DNA of 64,000 nt from an uncultured Planctomycetota bacterium (GTDB lineage: Bacteria; Planctomycetota; Planctomycetia; Pirellulales; Lacipirellulaceae): positions 224,001 to 288,000 of the forward strand of contig CAVRBU010000006.1 in assembly GCA_963719315.1 (NCBI GenBank), read 5' to 3'. Below are positions 46,533-57,898 of this stretch, piece after piece; positions within the stretch are counted from its first letter, which is position 1, and each line of letters begins with the position of its first letter. The notes beneath the pieces were generated by a model. The model had not been told where the DNA came from. It searched no databases and worked only from the letters and a program-made list of their open reading frames with translations. The translations under genes were made by a program, and so were the position numbers.

Positions 46533-46830
46533 ATGACGCAGCTAATTCGCGAAGTTGATCCGGCGGAATTGCGACTTCCTTCGAGTCGCGCTGCAGGAGT
46601 GGATATGTGGAAGCTGCACCGTCAGATACGGCAGTTCGGCTCTTCAAAAGATGGTATGCCGGCCTTAAGTTGTGTACGAAGACCCTGACGGCTTGTTGGA
46701 AATCTACGACGGCGTTACTCGCGCGACGCGGATTGCGAAATTAGCGCCCGGTATGACGGTACCCATGATGGTTATCGGCCGAAATCGCAAGAGCCACAAT
46801 AGGTCCAAGCGATTGGGAGACACCCTATGA
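46533..46830 (+). CDS. Small ParB/Srx-like protein (frameshift ~46670)
   Basis: MTQLIREVDPAELRLPSSR...QFGSSKDGMP / YEDPDGLLEIYDGVTRATRIAKLAPG; ATGA overlap with the next gene. Confidence 0.6.
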
Positions 46831-47060
46831 GCGATTCCGACACACGACAGGATTTGTTCGAGGCAATCCACGCCCTTGGGGACGCCGCCCCCGCGATGCG
46901 AGTTGGTCAATTGATGGCCGTCGTCGGCGAGATTTGCAACGATCTGCATGGCCGTGGCCTGTGGGATGCTGACGATCACGAGCTGCTCGAAGCTATCTGG
47001 AAACTCCAAAACGATATCGAGAACAATCTGAGGGTCGAAGAAGTACATCCGACGCCGTGA
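46827..47060 (+). CDS. Small acidic hypothetical protein, coupled to the ParB-like gene
   Basis: 77 aa; PAMRVGQL...LWDADDHELL. Confidence 0.65.
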   Translation: MSDSDTRQDLFEAIHALGDAAPAMRVGQLMAVVGEICNDLHGRGLWDADDHELLEAIWKLQNDIENNLRVEEVHPTP

Positions 47061-47125
47061 TGCCTTCGTCGAGTTAAATACTCTTTGTACGCCGGATTGA
47101 CCGGCGCTAATCGCCGGTGCGTGCA

Positions 47126-47724
47126 ATGGCTTTGGCAAAATGTCGCGAGTGTGGAAATCGCGTTAGGACGAAGGCAGAAAGCTGCCCATCCTGCGGCGCA
47201 CCTGTCAAGGCGTCGAAGACAATCTCAACCGGCATGGGCTGCCTCATGATGATAGTCGCAGCCATAGTTTTTACAGTTTTCTTCAGTGACATCACGATGA
47301 TAGTCGTCCAGTGAAGGACTCCACGTACAATACTGCCTCGGATTCGCAAAGCGAGGAGCCGACTGCAACCGAGCAAACGATCGGTACCGCGACAGCTAAG
47401 ATTCTAAGCAGTGAGCTTGTGGATTTTACTAACGACGATGGCAAGAAAATGCAAAAAGTTGTCGTCCATTGGAAGAATACAGGAAAGACGCCAGTGAGAG
47501 CCATTGATGCCGAGATTATCCATTGGGACGTTTCGGATAGAATGTTAGGGGATTATAACTACACAATTTTCGCAGTGTCCGATGATGATTCAGGCATAGC
47601 GCCAGGCGAAGTCCAAGTCACCAAGGGTTTTATTCTGCCTGGCTTTCAAGGCATTCCTGGCTATGAGCGTTCAAAGAGGGTTGACGTGCGTATCAGGACT
47701 GTGGACGAGCACTCAGGTTTTTAA
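47126..47724 (+). CDS. Zinc-ribbon + TM + extracellular domain protein (frameshift ~47290)
   Basis: MALAKCRECG...CPSCG, then a TM helix; continues in the 47311..47724 frame. Confidence 0.65.
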
Positions 47725-47768
47725 GAATGGCTCGACAATTAATAGCGTGAATCAGAGGCGCTCGTCGG

Positions 47769-48417
47769 ATGCAAATATCAACCGAGCATTTAATGCGCCA
47801 ACTGGAACTCGCGGACACCCTATTGGCTGGGAGAGACCGGATGCTCGAACCCCAACAGTTGCCGGGGCGCTACGGTCGAGTAGTCCAGGCGCTCGATCAA
47901 GTCCTCAAGGCGTGCGATTGCGAGGCTGTCGTAAGTGGCGGCTGGGCCGTCTGGCGACACGGTTACGTGGGGCGGATTACTCAAGACATCGACATCGCAG
48001 TTCCGCGCGGAGCTATCCAAGATTTTCTACAGGCACTCAGTTAGCGGCTTTGAAGTGCTGAATCAACCCGAGGGTCGATGGCCAAAACTAGTGCATCGCG
48101 AAACAGGAATCGACGTCGATCTCCTACCGGAAGGCGGGCGACCCGGTACCGCGTCGCGACCCGCACCTACGACGATACCACATCCGAAAGCCATGGGCGC
48201 CATTCGCGGCTCGTTAAGGTACGTCTCGCTGCCTTCGCTTATTGAACTGAAACTTGCCGCAGGACGTTTGCGCGATGAGGCCGATATCATCGAGCTTGCT
48301 CGCGAGAACCAAGCTCATTTAGACGAAATCCGCGATCATCTAGAGGCCGTTCACCCCCTGTACGCGAGTCGCTTTGAAGAACTTCTCGACCAACTGAATG
48401 ACGCAGCGAACGGCTAA
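47769..48417 (+). CDS. Nucleotidyltransferase-like protein (frameshift ~48020)
   Basis: VSGGWAV..HG..RITQDIDI, then IDVDLL...LIELKLAAGRLRDEADI. Confidence 0.7.
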
Positions 48418-48442
48418 AACTGTGAAAATTGACTGAAGCGTT

Positions 48443-48532
48443 GGGTGGCGTGCTTTCGCGGCGCAGCCTCGTAAGCATGTGCTTGCTCCGTCAACATGCT
48501 CACGCCGTAAACGCGGCGAGAGCACGGCACCC
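48443..48532. repeat. Palindromic intergenic repeat, copy 2
   Basis: GGGTGGCGTGCTTTC...TAAGCATG...CATGCTCAC...GAGAGCACGGCACCC. Confidence 0.7.
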
Positions 48533-48544
48533 GCTGCATTGAAT

Positions 48545-49920
48545 TCAAACATAACTCGCCGCCCGCGCTTTGGCCTGTTGTCGCTGGTTGCGCTGCTGAA
48601 TCTTTTTGCGTTGTTTGGGTTTTTCTTTCGGAAACGAAGGCGGAGACTGTTCGGCGTTCCAGGCATCCCACAGCGATTTGAGTTCGCGGACCTTATCCGG
48701 CATGTCAGCCGCGAGGTTTTTGGATTCGCTGATGTCGTCGGCAAGGTTGTATAGTTCACCGTCCGTCTTGTCGCCGCCATTGCCGGCCACGAGTTTCCAA
48801 TCGCCGTGGCGGACGGCCCATTGATCGCCGAATCGCCAATAGAGCGTTTCGTGCGGCCGCTCCGAATTTTTGCCAATGAGGTAGGGCAGCAGGTTCACGC
48901 CGTCGAGCTTCCGTTCGGGTTTGACTTCGACGCCCGCGGCGGCAAGGGCGGTGGGCAGAATGTCGAGTTGAACGATCGGATTTTCGTACGTCTTGCCGGC
49001 AGGCAGTTTGCCTTTCCACTGACAACTGAACGGAACTCGCGTGCCGCCTTCCCAGGTGGTCATTTTGAACCCGCGTAGGGGCAGATTGCTGGAAGTCGTT
49101 TGCCGCGTGGGCCCGCCGTTATCGGAAAAGAAGAATACGAGCGTATTCTCTTCCTCGCCCATTTCGCGAACCTTGCCGAGGATCTTGCCGACGGCCTGGT
49201 CCATGGCATACATCATGGCCGCGAATGTACGACGATTCTCCTCCGGAATATTCTTGAAGCGCTCGATGTATTTCTCGGCGCTTGCAGCGGCGTGTGCTGC
49301 GCGTTGAATGGTACGTAAAGCAGCCAGGGGCGATCCTTCTTCTGCTTGCCAAGCCAATCGACGGCCCGATCGGCGTAGGCATCCGTCGTATAGAAATCCT
49401 GATCCTCGACTTTCCGCACGTCGGGCGAAATTCGTGAATCAACAAACTGTGTGGGATGGTAGTACGGCGTGTTACCAAGCGTGCCGTAGAACTCGTCGAA
49501 GCCACGTTCCATGGGTCGGAAGTCGGGCTTGACGCCCAGGTGCCATTTGCCGACGGCCCCCGTCGCGTAACCGAGTTCGTGAAAACGCTTGGCCATCGTC
49601 GTTTCTTTGAGCGATAGCCCGCCGAGCGCCGCGACGCTGTTGAACTCGTGACCAAAGCGCGTCGGATACCGGCCCGTCATCAGACCGGCCCGCGACGGGC
49701 TGCAATACGTGGCCGCGACATAACCTTGCGTAAACCGCACGCCATTCTTCGCAATCGAGTCGATGTTCGGCGTGGGAATTTGCGGGTTGCCTTGAAACCC
49801 AAATTCGGCCCAGCCGACGTCGTCTGCCAAAAAAATCAAGACATTGGGCTTATTTTCCGCCGCCATCGCAGCCGATGCCATAGTCGCCATCATCAAAACG
49901 AGGCTCGTAGTGATTCGCAT
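48545..49920 (-). CDS. Sulfatase (arylsulfatase-like; frameshift ~49280)
   Basis: PNVLIFLADD, CSPSRAGLMTGRY, GKWHLG, PFNAQHTP / SDNGG, WEGGTRVP and ELYNLADD. Confidence 0.92.
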
Positions 49921-50050
49921 GATTGTTGCTCCGCCTGGTAGTTGTCAGAATGGAGTGTGCAGATACGCGTCCCATCATATTCGCTTCGATGGTGCCGGCA
50001 ACCACTCAATCCCCTGCGCCCCGATAAATTGTGGCTGAACGGATATTTCG

Positions 50051-51901
50051 ATGCGCAAATCGATTGCAGCGGTTGTTATCCTCTTGATCTGGAGCCACAT
50101 CAGCGCGGCAGAAGTGCCGAATGTCTTGTGGATCACGTGCGAGGACATCAGCCCCAATCTCGGCTGCTATGGCGATGATTATGCCGTATCGCCCAATCTG
50201 AATGCCCTTGCCGCGCGCGGAATGCGCTACACGAATGCGATTTCCAACGCTCCGGTGTGCGCCCCGGCCCGGACGACGATCATTTCCGGCCTGTATCCGC
50301 CATCGACGGGCGCCGAACACATGCGTTCGCTCGTGGCCATGCCGAACGGGCTGCGGATGTTTCCACAATTCTTGCGCGACGCCGGCTACTACGCCACCAA
50401 TAACAGCAAGGAGGATTACAACCTGGAGAAACCAGGCCGGGTGTGGGACGATTCGAGCCAGCGGGCTCATTGGAAGAACCGCAAAAAGGACCAGCCATTC
50501 TTCGCGGTATTTAATTTCACGATTTCGCACGAGTCGCAAATTCGCAACGCGATCGACGCCGCGAATCGCATTCACGATCCGGCCAAGGTCAGCCTGCCGG
50601 CGTATCACCCCGATGCACCCGAAGTGCGGCGCGATTGGGCCCAGTATTACGACCGCATCACGATGATGGACAAGCAAGCGGGAGCTGCGCTGAAGGAAAT
50701 CGAGAAAGCGAATTTGGTGGACGATACGATCGTGTTCTTTTTTGGCGACCACGGCTCGGGGATGCCGCGGAGCAAGCGAACGGTGTGCAACTCGGGACTG
50801 AACGTGCCGTTTATTGTGTATTTCCCGCCCAAGTGGGAGCATCTGGCTCCCAAGGACTATCGGTCGGGCGGAACCTCCGACCGCCTCATCGGCTTCGTCG
50901 ACCTCGCGCCGACAATGCTCAGCTTGGCCGGCATCAAGCCGCCCGATTGGATGCAAGGCGGCGCCTTTTGCGGCAAGTACGCGTCGCCCGAACCTGAATT
51001 CAGTTTCGGATTCCGCGGGCGGGTGGACGAACGGTACGACCTCGTGCGAAGCGTGCGCGACAAGCGTTACATGTACGTCCGTAGCTTCATGCCCCATCTC
51101 CCGCACGGGCAGCACAATGCCTATATGTTCGAAACGCCGACGACCAGGGTCTGGTATCGATTGTTCGAAGAAGGAAAACTTAACGAGACTCAATCGCGTT
51201 TCTGGCAACCGAAATCCGTTGAAGAGTTGTACGATCTGACTTCCGACCGAGATGAAGTCATCAATCTGGCCGATTCTCCCATTGTTCAAGACCAGCTTGC
51301 GCGGATGCGGACGGCATTTCAGGATTGGGAGCACCGAATTCGAGACGTGGGCTTCCTGTCGGAATGGGAAATGAACGCGCGATCGAGAGGCACGACGCCG
51401 TACGACATGGGGCACAACGAACAGAAGTACGATTTTGATGCGGTCTTCGCCGCAGCCAATTTGGCGACATCCCTCAAATCCTCCGACCTGCCGGATATTG
51501 TTCGACTTCTGAAGGATAAAGACAGCGCCGTTCGCTACTGGGGCGCTGTGGGCTTGCTGACGCAGGGCAAAGCGGGGATCGCGGCGGGGCGCGGCGAGCT
51601 TGTTGCCGCCCTGCAAGATAGCTCGCCGATCGTGCGGATCACGGCCGCTGAGGCGCTGGGCCGCTATGGCGATGAGCCGGATGCGGCGGCGTCGCTGAAG
51701 GTGTTGTTGCATTTTGCCCGGCCGGAAGCGAATGCGTTTCTATCGATGGCGGCCTGGAACGCGCTCGACTATCTGGATGAGCGGGTGCGGCCAATCGAAA
51801 AGGCCCTCCGCGAGCTTTCGCCCGATCCAATCCATCCACCGCCGCGGTACGGCGACTATGGACGGCGGCTGAAGCAAAAAACGCTGGCGGATTTGAAATG
51901 A
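50051..51901 (+). CDS. Sulfatase with C-terminal HEAT repeats
   Basis: PNVLWITCED, CAPARTTIISG, GDHG, ELYDL and VRYWGA / VRITAAEALG. Confidence 0.9.
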   Translation: MRKSIAAVVILLIWSHISAAEVPNVLWITCEDISPNLGCYGDDYAVSPNLNALAARGMRYTNAISNAPVCAPARTTIISGLYPPSTGAEHMRSLVAMPNGLRMFPQFLRDAGYYATNNSKEDYNLEKPGRVWDDSSQRAHWKNRKKDQPFFAVFNFTISHESQIRNAIDAANRIHDPAKVSLPAYHPDAPEVRRDWAQYYDRITMMDKQAGAALKEIEKANLVDDTIVFFFGDHGSGMPRSKRTVCNSGLNVPFIVYFPPKWEHLAPKDYRSGGTSDRLIGFVDLAPTMLSLAGIKPPDWMQGGAFCGKYASPEPEFSFGFRGRVDERYDLVRSVRDKRYMYVRSFMPHLPHGQHNAYMFETPTTRVWYRLFEEGKLNETQSRFWQPKSVEELYDLTSDRDEVINLADSPIVQDQLARMRTAFQDWEHRIRDVGFLSEWEMNARSRGTTPYDMGHNEQKYDFDAVFAAANLATSLKSSDLPDIVRLLKDKDSAVRYWGAVGLLTQGKAGIAAGRGELVAALQDSSPIVRITAAEALGRYGDEPDAAASLKVLLHFARPEANAFLSMAAWNALDYLDERVRPIEKALRELSPDPIHPPPRYGDYGRRLKQKTLADLK

Positions 51902-51987
51902 CGGTTGCTTTTCAAGAGCCGCGGCGTGCCATATGCTGGCCAGTCACGTGGAGTGGCCCTTCCTGAAGCCTATATTGGGATGCCGAC

Positions 51988-53451
51988 ATGATCGACCGAG
52001 TGACTCGTTTCATGCTTCCGATTGCCGTTTTGGGAGTATTCGTGATGTGCCAACTTGGCGCCACGAACGCGACGAGCGACCGGGACGCCACCGTCCAGGG
52101 GCTAGTCGCCAACGGCAATTTCACCGCAGCCGAGAAAATGTTGCGTTCTGAAATCGCGGACGGTAATGCGCCGGTCACCAGCGAGCCGGCCATCCAGTTG
52201 GAAGTTTTGCGGCGGACTCGTCACGATTTCTCCAAGTCGAACGACGAGGTGCTGGCGGAAATCCAGAAAAGAGTGCCAGACGCCACGCAGAAAGACCTCG
52301 ATCGGTGGCGCGAGGCCGGCGATTTACAATTCCGGATGATCGACGGCGAGCGCCGCTACTTCCGCGAGTCGGTGCCGAATTTATTTCGACTCAACAAAGA
52401 AGCCAAACGCCGCCAGGTCGATCCGGCGGCCAAAAAGAAGTTCGACACTACCGCGCTCGTGGAAAAACTCGTAAAGCTTTCGGAGTCATCCGACCAGCCG
52501 CAGATTTACCCGGTCAAGCACAACATCAAATATGAGGTAACCGTTCACGAGAATCATCCGCGCGTGAAGGCCGGCGCCAAAGTGCGTGCCTGGTTGCCGT
52601 TTCCACAGGAATACCGCCAGCAACACGACGTGAAGTTGCTCAGCAGTTCCCCCTCTGAGGCAAAGATTGCCTCGAAGGAAGCGCCTCAGCGGAGCGTGTA
52701 TTTTGAGGAAACTATCACCGATCCCAGCCAGCCGCCGCGATTCGCGGTTGAATTCGAGTTCGTCACCGACGCTTATTGTCCCAAGCTCGATCCGGCCAAG
52801 GTGCAGCCCTACGACGTAAATGGCGATTTGTTTCGTGAGTACACGGCCGAGCGGCGACCCCATATTGCGTTCACGCCGGAAGTGCAGCGGTTGGCCGCGG
52901 AGATAGTGGGCGACGAGACCAACCCGCTCGAAAAGGCACGGCGGATTTTTCGTTGGGTATCGAAGAATATGCCGTGGTGCAATGAGATGGAGTACAGCAT
53001 TATTCCGAGTCTCTCTATTAAGGGCCTCACGGCTCGCCGCGGCGATTGCGGCGTACAAGGCACGAGCTTCATCACGCTCTGCCGGGCAGCCGGCGTGCCC
53101 GCGCGGTGGCAATCGGGTTGGCAAACCAAGCCCGGCGATTGGAACATGCACGACTGGTCGGAGATTTACGTCGAGCCCTGGGGCTGGCTGCCGGCCGACG
53201 CGTCGTACGGCGTGAAGGAAAGCACCGACCCCCGCGTCCGCGATTTTTTTTGTGGCCACATGGACCCGTACCGGCTAATCGTGAACCTCGATTACGGCCG
53301 CACGCTCGAGCCGCCCAAGACGAGTTTTCGCAGCGAGCCGACCGATTTTCAGCGCGGCGAGATCGAAATCGACGGCCACAACCTGTACTTCGACGAGTGG
53401 GATCACAAATTCGAGGTAGTGACCAGGCCATTGGCGGAGACCACGCGCTAG
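51988..53451 (+). CDS. Transglutaminase-like domain protein (secreted)
   Basis: Catalytic triad pattern GDCG...LCRAAGVPAR...HDW.E.Y..PWGW.PAD. Confidence 0.88.
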   Translation: MIDRVTRFMLPIAVLGVFVMCQLGATNATSDRDATVQGLVANGNFTAAEKMLRSEIADGNAPVTSEPAIQLEVLRRTRHDFSKSNDEVLAEIQKRVPDATQKDLDRWREAGDLQFRMIDGERRYFRESVPNLFRLNKEAKRRQVDPAAKKKFDTTALVEKLVKLSESSDQPQIYPVKHNIKYEVTVHENHPRVKAGAKVRAWLPFPQEYRQQHDVKLLSSSPSEAKIASKEAPQRSVYFEETITDPSQPPRFAVEFEFVTDAYCPKLDPAKVQPYDVNGDLFREYTAERRPHIAFTPEVQRLAAEIVGDETNPLEKARRIFRWVSKNMPWCNEMEYSIIPSLSIKGLTARRGDCGVQGTSFITLCRAAGVPARWQSGWQTKPGDWNMHDWSEIYVEPWGWLPADASYGVKESTDPRVRDFFCGHMDPYRLIVNLDYGRTLEPPKTSFRSEPTDFQRGEIEIDGHNLYFDEWDHKFEVVTRPLAETTR

Positions 53452-53480
53452 GGATCGAAGGATCAATCCCCACGATCTCT

Positions 53481-53565
53481 GCAGGTCCCTTCTGCCGGAA
53501 GGGATCTGCGCGAATTCAGAAGGTTGCCAAGCAGGTTCAGGTCCCACTCGGCAAGCGGGACCTAC
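53481..53565. repeat. GTAG-type REP doublet (REPIN-like), copy 1
   Basis: GCAGGTCCCTTCTGCCGGAAGGGATCT ... AGGTCCCACTCGGCAAGCGGGACCTAC. Confidence 0.8.
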
Positions 53566-53760
53566 TTTTGGGGCAACACCGTTCCATCGCCCTGAACGCC
53601 TTCGCAGAAATCTGCGGCAGCCGGCGTTCAACTTTTCGCAATCGCTACGGTCAGTCGATCGAACACCTCGATTTAGTTGTTTCGTCCGTACGCCGATAGC
53701 ACAGATAGCACCCGACGTTGGGGGTGCATTCCCGCCACAATTCGGCACGGACGCTTACCA

Positions 53761-55158
53761 ATGAAAACTCCCTATCCCGTAGCGAGCTACCGAACAGCCG
53801 GCGTACTCTGCGTTGCAGCCCTTCTGATTCCGCTGGCCACAAGCCGCGGACAAGAATGGCCCAAGGACATCCACTTTGCTTCGTCCACTTCCAACACGGC
53901 GGATAACGCAGACAATTCATCGGCCGACGCCTGCAGTGGAATGACCGCGGAATGCGACCCCTGCCCGTACTGCTCGTACGAGTACGACCCGTGCGGCGAA
54001 CTGAAGGCCCGCCTCACCGCGATGGCGAAGTCCATGGCGCAGCAGGGTATTGTTTACGACGCCGAAGCCACGCAGTTTTACCAAGGCGTCGCGAGCGGCG
54101 GTAACGAACAAGTGTTCGAATACGGCGGCAAGGTAGATCAATTCCTCATCTTGGATAGCGGCAAGTTGGGGCTCTGGCAAGGGATGACGATGACGATGCA
54201 CGCCGAAACGCGATTCGGCGACGATGTCAATTTCGAAGCGGTCGGCTTGGCGACCGTCAACGTGGCGATGCTCTACCCCAAAGAGGGCGAACACACGACG
54301 GCGATCACCGGCCTGTCCTTCGCGCAAGCGCTCGACGAAGATGTTCAAGTCACGTTCGGCAAGTTCAATGGGCTGGACCTGTTTTACATGCTCTACCCCG
54401 AGACGGGCCGCGGGATCAATGGTTTCATGAACGCCTCGATGGTGATCCCGATCTCGGTCGCGCGCGTCGTCCCCTTATCGTTTATGGGGGTGGGCGCACT
54501 CAAGCTTCACGAGAAGCAGGTGCAAGGCGGTATTTTGGTCTACGATACGAACAACGTGGCGACAACCAGCGGCTTCGATGATCTGTTCGACAACGGCGCA
54601 AACATTTTGGGTTTCTGGCGATTCTTCACCGAAGTCGGCGGACTCCCCGGCTCGCAAATGTTCGGCGGCATTTGGTCGACAGGCGAATTCACCGCCCTCG
54701 ACCCAACCGGATTTGTGATCGTCCCCGGCCAGGGGATCGTCGCCCAGAAGCAAGGCGGCGCCTACACGCTGCTCTACATCTTGGAACAGACGTTGTGGAT
54801 GGACTGTTGCGACAAGCAGAAGAACGTCACGTTGCTGAGCCAGTGGGGATTGGCGAATCAGGACACGAGCCCCTTTGGCTGGTCGGCCAACGTCGCGATT
54901 CAGGCCCAAGGTTTCAACGCTTCGCGGCCGCAGGACTCGTTCGGAGTGGGCTATTTCCACACGGGCCTAAGCAATGACTTCAAAGATCTGCTCGCCCCGG
55001 TGCTCAACCTGCACGACATCAACGGCGTTGAGCTCTACTACAACGCGGCCGTCACCGATTGCTTCCATCTGACGGCGGACCTTCAGGTCATCGATCCGGC
55101 CGAGGTCGCGAACGACACCGCGATCGTGTTTGGGCTGCGGGGCACGATCGGGCTGTAG
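53761..55158 (+). CDS. Carbohydrate-selective porin (OprB family)
   Basis: TQFYQGVASGG, RPQDSFGVG, ELYYN..VT...LTADLQVI and C-terminal VFGLRGTIGL. Confidence 0.85.
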   Translation: MKTPYPVASYRTAGVLCVAALLIPLATSRGQEWPKDIHFASSTSNTADNADNSSADACSGMTAECDPCPYCSYEYDPCGELKARLTAMAKSMAQQGIVYDAEATQFYQGVASGGNEQVFEYGGKVDQFLILDSGKLGLWQGMTMTMHAETRFGDDVNFEAVGLATVNVAMLYPKEGEHTTAITGLSFAQALDEDVQVTFGKFNGLDLFYMLYPETGRGINGFMNASMVIPISVARVVPLSFMGVGALKLHEKQVQGGILVYDTNNVATTSGFDDLFDNGANILGFWRFFTEVGGLPGSQMFGGIWSTGEFTALDPTGFVIVPGQGIVAQKQGGAYTLLYILEQTLWMDCCDKQKNVTLLSQWGLANQDTSPFGWSANVAIQAQGFNASRPQDSFGVGYFHTGLSNDFKDLLAPVLNLHDINGVELYYNAAVTDCFHLTADLQVIDPAEVANDTAIVFGLRGTIGL

Positions 55159-55453
55159 CATGCTCGTTTTCTTCGTGCGGACGATCGTGCTGCCGGGTAG
55201 TATTGCGCGCGAGTGCCTTACGCGCTGGATTCACAACCTGTTGCGGCCCAAGGGGTTGAATTTTGCTCGCGACGTGGAAAATTTTTTTTCGCGTGCAAAA
55301 GTCCGAGTTTCGCACTCCAGCCGGCGTGAATCGCTCGAATAATCCAGGCTCGGCAAGCTTCGTGGGCGGACAAAAGTCAGGTACTGTACGGTCAGATTGT
55401 TGCTGACATTCTAACCGCTTGAACCCGAATTGCGAGCGTGGCAATATCGGGGC

Positions 55454-55838
55454 ATGGATGGCATAGAACTTCTAAAGTCTCAGGCGCTCGCCAAACGCAA
55501 CGCCGCGATACTGGCCGCCAAGCGGGAAATATAACAAAGCCCTTCGCGAGATAGCCGCCCTGAAGCGCAAGCTGGGAATCCGACCGCCGGGCAGGCCGCC
55601 CAAACCCGTACTGGGTGAGAATCCGATCCTAAGCCCAACAACAGTTGCCAGAGAGGTGCTATCGGAAGGTAAGCCGCTGACGATCGCTGAATTGACACTA
55701 GAGGTTCAACGTCGCGGGTGCCGTCCCCTGGACGATCCAAGAACCGTGGCGCATGCCATCAATAGCGGTCTGCGGTACTATCGGCGGCAATTTCGGAAGG
55801 ATGGGGATGGGCGGTGGAGCGTGGCAAACGGTGCATGA
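55454..55838 (+). CDS. Small coiled-coil + winged-HTH-like protein (frameshift ~55530)
   Basis: MDGIELLKSQ...NKALREIAALKRKLG..RPPGRPPK...PLTIAELTLEVQRRG...FRKDGDGRW. Confidence 0.55.
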
Positions 55839-55871
55839 AAAAGCCCGCACCACCGGCGGGCTTTTTCATGC
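55833..55871. terminator. Bidirectional intrinsic terminator
   Basis: [34 protein letters not shown] between convergent genes. Confidence 0.8.
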
Positions 55872-55902
55872 TCAATAAATCAAGTCCTAGACTTTTAGCA
55901 GC

Positions 55903-56883
55903 TTACACGCTGATGCCTTCACTGGCTTCTTTGTCGTTGTCTTGCTTGCTCTCTCCGTCAGGGTGCTGATGATTCGAGCTTGCTGTCTTTGGAATTTCTC
56001 CATTGTTCTTATTGCTTTCTGAGTTGCCATTCCCATATTTCTCCGTGGGCTTAGATAAGCAGCTAATAGAAATACCGTCCGCTTCTGTGGCTCTTTTATA
56101 ACAGACATCTCTTAGTCCATCCAGTAGGGGCTTTTCAGTATGGCTAGGTTCACGAACACGCTGGAATAGCGTTCCTGCCTCCTCGCGATCAATAGCAAAT
56201 GAATGCGAAGGATAATCGGTTACAAGTTTTTCGACGGTTTCCTCCTTAACATTTTCAGTGCAAATCCTATTCCCGTAAGCTACTGCAATCAAGTTAGATC
56301 GCGTATTCTCGCCTAATCTCATTGGATCAAACTGGTCGAAAATAGGCGAGAAAAAACCGACTGTTAATTTGGTTGCGATGTCAGCCGCCATCCTTGTTGA
56401 GATTTGTCCACCGCTGCGCATTCTCAAATCGAGAAAGAATCTCTCAAATGTCTGGAATCCCTGTGCCCTGAGCGTGTCGATAGCCTGAACAGCAGTAAGC
56501 CCAGATATAAACTCTCCCAACTCCTCTGGCTTTGCTAGCTGAATATCCAAAGGTCCGAGTTCGGCGGTGTCAGACATAATGATTTCATCGGCACCAAGAG
56601 CGATCAGTGTGCCAGCGCTTTTGCATAACGACGGAACACACAAACGGAACATTGCGCTGCCATAGTGCCGACGTACGCTCCGAACTATCTGATACGCGGT
56701 GTCGGCTGAGCCACCGAGTGTTGTCAAAATTAACGTCGCATGCTTTCGTTCTTTACAACCGACAATACACTCATTGAATACTCTCTCTTGACCAGTGTTA
56801 ATCGGACCAGCGTATACGTATATGTCCGAATCGGTTTCATCCGCATATTCGCGAAACTTTTCCAATGGGTCTTTCGTCGTCAT
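55903..56883 (-). CDS. ClpP/SppA-class serine protease (SDH family)
   Basis: LILTTLGG, CKSAGTLIALGADEIIM...ELGPLDIQ and YPSHSFAIDREEA. Confidence 0.85.
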   Translation of the reverse strand: MTTKDPLEKFREYADETDSDIYVYAGPINTGQERVFNECIVGCKERKHATLILTTLGGSADTAYQIVRSVRRHYGSAMFRLCVPSLCKSAGTLIALGADEIIMSDTAELGPLDIQLAKPEELGEFISGLTAVQAIDTLRAQGFQTFERFFLDLRMRSGGQISTRMAADIATKLTVGFFSPIFDQFDPMRLGENTRSNLIAVAYGNRICTENVKEETVEKLVTDYPSHSFAIDREEAGTLFQRVREPSHTEKPLLDGLRDVCYKRATEADGISISCLSKPTEKYGNGNSESNKNNGEIPKTASSNHQHPDGESKQDNDKEASEGISV

Positions 56884-56932
56884 AATGCCACTTTCAGACG
56901 GTTATCTTATACCAGAGGCTAGCACCTTGCAA

Positions 56933-57898
56933 TTAAGCTATAGCAGCCTGTTCTAGCAATTCTTTGATCGTCCAAGCGTAGTCCGTCAGTTTGCTCGCCA
57001 TCGCCGGCGTCCGACCTTTCAGCGTTTCATGCTTCCGGCAGAAGTTGTACCACGCGAAATAAAGAGCCTGCATCGCTACGTGGTGACGGGGGCTCTTGCT
57101 GTGGCCGTTGGTCAAGCGGGTGAAACGTCGCATTTGCATCCGCACGCTGAGATTCATCCGCTCGATATGCGAAGTGCTTATCCGGTCTTCCTCCGGCTCG
57201 CCGAAGATCGGCAGCTTTTCAATGCCGGTTATCGTTGCCGGAGAGTAGCGGGTAGTTTCTTGCGTGTTGCTATAGGTTTTTATCAGTTGGGCGAAGTCTA
57301 CTTGCATCCCAAACGCGAACGGCACGTTTTGCGTGTAGGCTTTGAGGCCATCGCGAAGTCAGTTGGAATCGACCATTGCCGATTGCTGCTCTTCAACTTC
57401 AATAGGAATGCCCAACAAGTATTGCTGTCCCGTTGCCCTACTTGATGCGCCAAGATCAATTTCGTTTCGCGCTCAATCGCAATGAATGTCCAGCTATCCC
57501 CCAACCGGCAGAATGGCCGCGAGCAACGCGGGTCTTCTCTTTGCAACCGATGAAGCTCCAAAGCTCATCGACCTGGATGTCCTTGGCATTGACGTTCTGA
57601 ACCTTCGCATCTAGCAGGCGTTGGCAGTTCTCGCCAACAAGCAAAATCAGATTGCAGATCGTTTCGCCGTCCAGGCCTGTGAACCGCTTCGTGGCCCGAA
57701 TGCGACATCCCTTCCAGGATCATTCCTAGCGCCTTGCGTGGCTTGCTTCATGCTGATTCGCATATCGCCCAGGGGGCGAGCGCGTGCGGTCAATCCAAGT
57801 CTTGCCGCAAAGCGTGGCATGCGGAATCGCTGGTTGCCGTTCTTATCTTTGCCGTGTTTGTTGCGTCGATTTCATGGGTGGCAACTTATTACGATCAT
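56933..57898 (-). CDS. IS1-family transposase (several frameshifts)
   Basis: N-terminal KHGKDKNGNQRF, IQVDELWSFIGCK, STSHIERMNLSVRMQMRRFTRLTNGHSK, WYNFCRKHETL and TPAMA. Confidence 0.88.
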
